Positions 60,401 through 64,000 of a DNA stretch of 64,000 bases are shown in pieces. Both the position numbers and the translations under genes were made by a program. Every line of letters starts with the position of its first letter. Within the stretch, counting starts at the first letter, position 1. Origin of the DNA: Xylographa opegraphella (lineage: Eukaryota); the NCBI GenBank assembly GCA_022813865.1, contig JALDZX010000005.1, forward strand, positions 124,001 through 188,000. Direction: 5' to 3'. The notes below the pieces were generated by a model. The model ran no database searches. It saw only the letters and a program-made list of their open reading frames with translations, and was not told the origin of the DNA.

Positions 60401-62948
60401 CAGTATGCTGTTGGAAGCTGTGACGATGTATATTCAATCAGCCACAAAAGACCCACTTGATACGTCGTTTACTCACCTATATTAACGATTCGATGTAATT
60501 AAGTTCAAGAGCCAAAGTTGCGGGAATATCGATCCAAATTTTCTCATCGGATGTGTGTCGAATGCTATTGCCTGCTCTTCGAAACGGAGTCCAACGCTTC
60601 GGAGTCGACAACCCGTTCTGATCATATATAAAAAAGCGTTTCACGGCGTCTCCAACATCGGTGACCCCGTCCTCAACGGGCACTGGAGTCGGCTTCTAAG
60701 TCATCCTCTTGAATGTCTAATTCAGTATCAACCATTATCACTTTACCGGACCACAGAAACCAGTGTATCCTGATCATACACGGCCTTCGCCATATAAGAC
60801 GGGCAGGCCCGCGGCGTTGCAGAGCAGAAACACCGCGGGGATTCAGCGGAGGATTCGATTAAGTAATTCGGATGGCGGCTGCTTCGTTTTTATTTCCATC
60901 ATCGCTACTGCTGCTTGACGAGCCTGAGGTCCCGACCGAGCTTAATGGTGGCCTGCGTTGCCGAAATCGTTTCTTTTTTGTTGGTTTTGCCTAACCCTTT
61001 TTGCTGGTTGTTTTTTACTCAGTATTATATACCTTCTCTTTCACTACCACCACCCCGAGCCTCCTTTCGTTTATCTCCAGAGTGACGATCCATTGAAACC
61101 AGGTAGGCAGAAGCAGTTTCCATGTTAGCTGCTTGGCTGCGGATTGGGTAACAGGATCGTAAGCCATGAAACGAAGGAGCAAATCTGATTTATCCGTTAT
61201 GGTAGGGGAAGAGCTGGACGTTTCATATATTGTTAAATCTGAGGACGTTCGTACTGTTACATTTAATTTCCCGCCGTTGCTATCTTCAAGAGCTGCTCCA
61301 TTGCCAAGACCATATTAGTGCTCCGAGCCACTTCCCAAAGCTTGATTGCCTTCTTGGAATATTCTCATTGATTGCAACCCAAATTTTCTGAAGTTGTGCT
61401 CAGAAAGCCCTAGCGGCTTGATTTCCGGTTGCTGATTCTTGTATACAATGACCGATGGCTATATGACTGTCGTACCACGGTCATCGGGGCTTATGTAGTA
61501 AATCGGTAGTCGATATAGAAGCTATTCCATTATGGAGGTATCGAGCCATGTGTCTGGTCCTCTGGACCGCTTTCTCCGTGGCTTGGTTTGTCCATGGCTT
61601 GGAATAACTTCCCCATCGATGGTCCTCTGGGGAAATGTGACTCGGCAGGTCTTCTAATACTTGAAGCATCTATGTGGTGTCGAATGATTAGGATTCTCAT
61701 TCCTCAACGATGAGACTAAAGTGAAGATCGTTGGGCCGAGTGAAAACCCACGTACCGGCGTGTACATATGGCCCCGGATCATATAAGACAATGCGTATAA
61801 TTCCGCTGAATTAGGGGTTGACTGGGCGATATTCGGACCATTTAGCTTTTTGTGCAAAGTAATTGTATAGCGTAGATTCCCGTCAGTGGCTAAATCGATC
61901 TGATAACTTCCAGTACTGGCGTTTTGGATTATACTGTGAGTGGCAGATTGATGTATCTGTCTATTCACTGTACGGACGGGACGAGTAGGCCCCTACGTAT
62001 CCATCTCGGTCTCTCTGGGGCAATTACCAGATCCACGAGGAATATATCTGTCATCGGGTAACGAGTATAAACATAACACAAGCTGGTCAATCAAAGCCTT
62101 CGCGTGGCTTTGGACCGAGGTTGCAATATCAGGCTTGTATGTGATTAGGGTGGAAGACAAAATCTCTCCCAGAAGCCGCTCCAACGTCAGCGCAATGATG
62201 TACTGTACACATTCTCAGCTTCTTCCGATATGGAGGTAGATTATTCGGCTTCGAGGATTTTCATGATGCCTTTGGCAGAGGCTTGAAAGTGATTAATCTG
62301 GACGAAAGCCTAGACAAACAATCGCAGAGCTTCGGTTTCATCCAGCTTCTTGCATGCTGTGAGATATCTACCATGACGTCGACTGTCAACAAGCAGCAAT
62401 ATTATAAAGGTTGAAGCTTGACTATACCCAACTGCGTAGCACAAGGACAATTTCTCATATATAAACATACGAAAGCACAGACTGAAATTACTGCAGAAAA
62501 GTCCTGACTTTACGAAGTGCGTCTGAATGGAAAAAGAACCGAGGAATAGCTTCACGCGTATGGCGAAAGCAATAAGTCATGAAATGAGCTGAGTCCCGAG
62601 GAGCTCCACTTACCGAGCATGAAGAGCATGTGAATATAGTGACAAACAAGCTGCAAGAGGACTACTGTGATTCAAGGAGAAGTATGTAGTGAGTGATCTC
62701 TATGAAACAACGGAGACAATGATAGCAGATATTACGCAGACGAAGAAATACAGGGTAGACAACAATATGAATAACGCAGAAGAGTCGATGAAGGAAGAAA
62801 AGAGTCGTGCAGATTTAAAATTTGCTCCGAGAATGCAAAATGTACTACAGTGAAGGAAATCCGTAGAACTTATATTTCTGACAAATTCGTGGTGGGTATT
62901 CTGTGAAATTACTCCTCCAAAGCTTGGACGCATGTCTTGCTATGATAG

Positions 62949-64000
62949 CTATATCCACTTCTCGACTTCATCTTCCTCGTCGTCTTCTGGATCCACCTTT
63001 AGGGCCGCCTCTGAGGCTAACGCGGCATCTCTTGCCACACTGGTGAGATTACCAGTCAGCTCGGTCCATACATTCAATGCCAGCAACATGCAGAGAGTCA
63101 AAGGCTAACATACCTATCAACATTGAAAATTTCATCCCTTCCCCTTGGTCTCATCCGTCCCATACTCTCCAACTCGTCCCAGATACTAGGATAGTTTGCC
63201 TTGATCCACTCCTCCACCTGAGCCTTCTTGACTGACCCTGGACTAGCGTTGTAGCACACCCCAAGACTAAAGCAAGCATGAGAAATTGTACATTCTCCAA
63301 ATTGGTACAGTGTGTACTTACCTAACAGCATCGGGTTTGTGGCCTACTTCTTGCTCCATTTTATCGAGCAATTCTGCGGACTCGACGATTAGGCCTTGGC
63401 CTGCCAGCGCAGCGACATAATTTTCGTAGATCTCCTTGTTGATCTCGATTTCGAACCGCTGAAGTCTTCTCCAGATGTCGCGAGCACGTCTCTCACCGAA
63501 CGGCGTAAGCTGACAAGCTCTTAACGCAATACGTATACTATCATAAGTCGGCCCTTCTCGAGAGTACACAATGTCGTCCCAGAAGTCAAGGCTTCGGTCA
63601 TACTGACCACAAGCTGAATACGCCATCATCAAGGCATTGTGTAACCTCGTATCAGGTTCTACTTCGGAATCGAGTTTCAGCATGTTGTGCACTATCTCCA
63701 TAGAGTTGGTGTCTGCTTGTTGGGCGATGCCCTCCAGGCACTGGGCATATGTGTCTGCGGTCGGTCGCTTTTGAGGAAATGGTGATTGCCTCATGTGCCC
63801 AAAGACATGAGTAGCCATATCACTGCGTTTTCGAGCGAAGAATTCATTCATCAGCTTAGTTCTCGTGCCGCGCTCGGTCTCAGTGAAAATCTGTCTGGAT
63901 ATGGTATAGGCATCCCAAGCCAAAGCTGTACTGTTATCACGATCTAGGCAGAAATCGACGAAGGTGTCTCGAACAGAAGCTCGTTCCTCTATGTCGTAAT
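62949..64000 (-). CDS. cia84: Mitochondrial PPR protein, complex I intermediate-associated protein 84 (CIA84)-like; 3' part only
   Basis: AWDAY..IFTET.R..RTKLMNEFFARKRSDMATHVFGHMRQ, MEIVHNMLKLD..EPDTRLHNALMMAY, SREGPTYDS. Two 3' introns, ending ...DPEDDEEDEVEKWI* with stop at 62949-62951. Confidence 0.8.

Overview
Eukaryotic, intron-rich DNA from a filamentous ascomycete (Pezizomycotina; GT-AG introns of about 45-60 nt with CTRAC branch sites). The window is mostly a housekeeping neighbourhood. In order it holds POL5 (5' end), a large 2OG-Fe(II) oxygenase-domain protein, Cdc25/NimT, GINS Sld5, a CorA Mg2+ transporter, a PTH11-like membrane protein, a cytochrome P450, Prp6, tubulin cofactor A, THO subunit 7, elongin A, NEDD8/Rub1, a secreted DUF4185-like protein, an Rds1 ferritin-like protein, Aip1, an intron-containing tRNA-Arg(ACG), a decayed hydrolase/NB-ARC NLR pseudogene, a Zn2Cys6 transcription factor, a GPI-anchored cupredoxin-like protein and the 3' end of a CIA84-like PPR gene. 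Several of these (POL5, NEDD8, the elongin A and Aip1 N-termini) are missing from the ORF track and were spliced and translated by hand. I found no convincing new multi-gene system. The most unusual signals are recurring C-rich to G-rich skew switch points that override codon choice, two long and highly folded Sld5 introns, a cupredoxin with substituted copper ligands, the G-to-A-riddled NLR remnant beside the tRNA gene, and two nucleosome-scale tandem repeats. All family calls come from motif recognition, not database searches.
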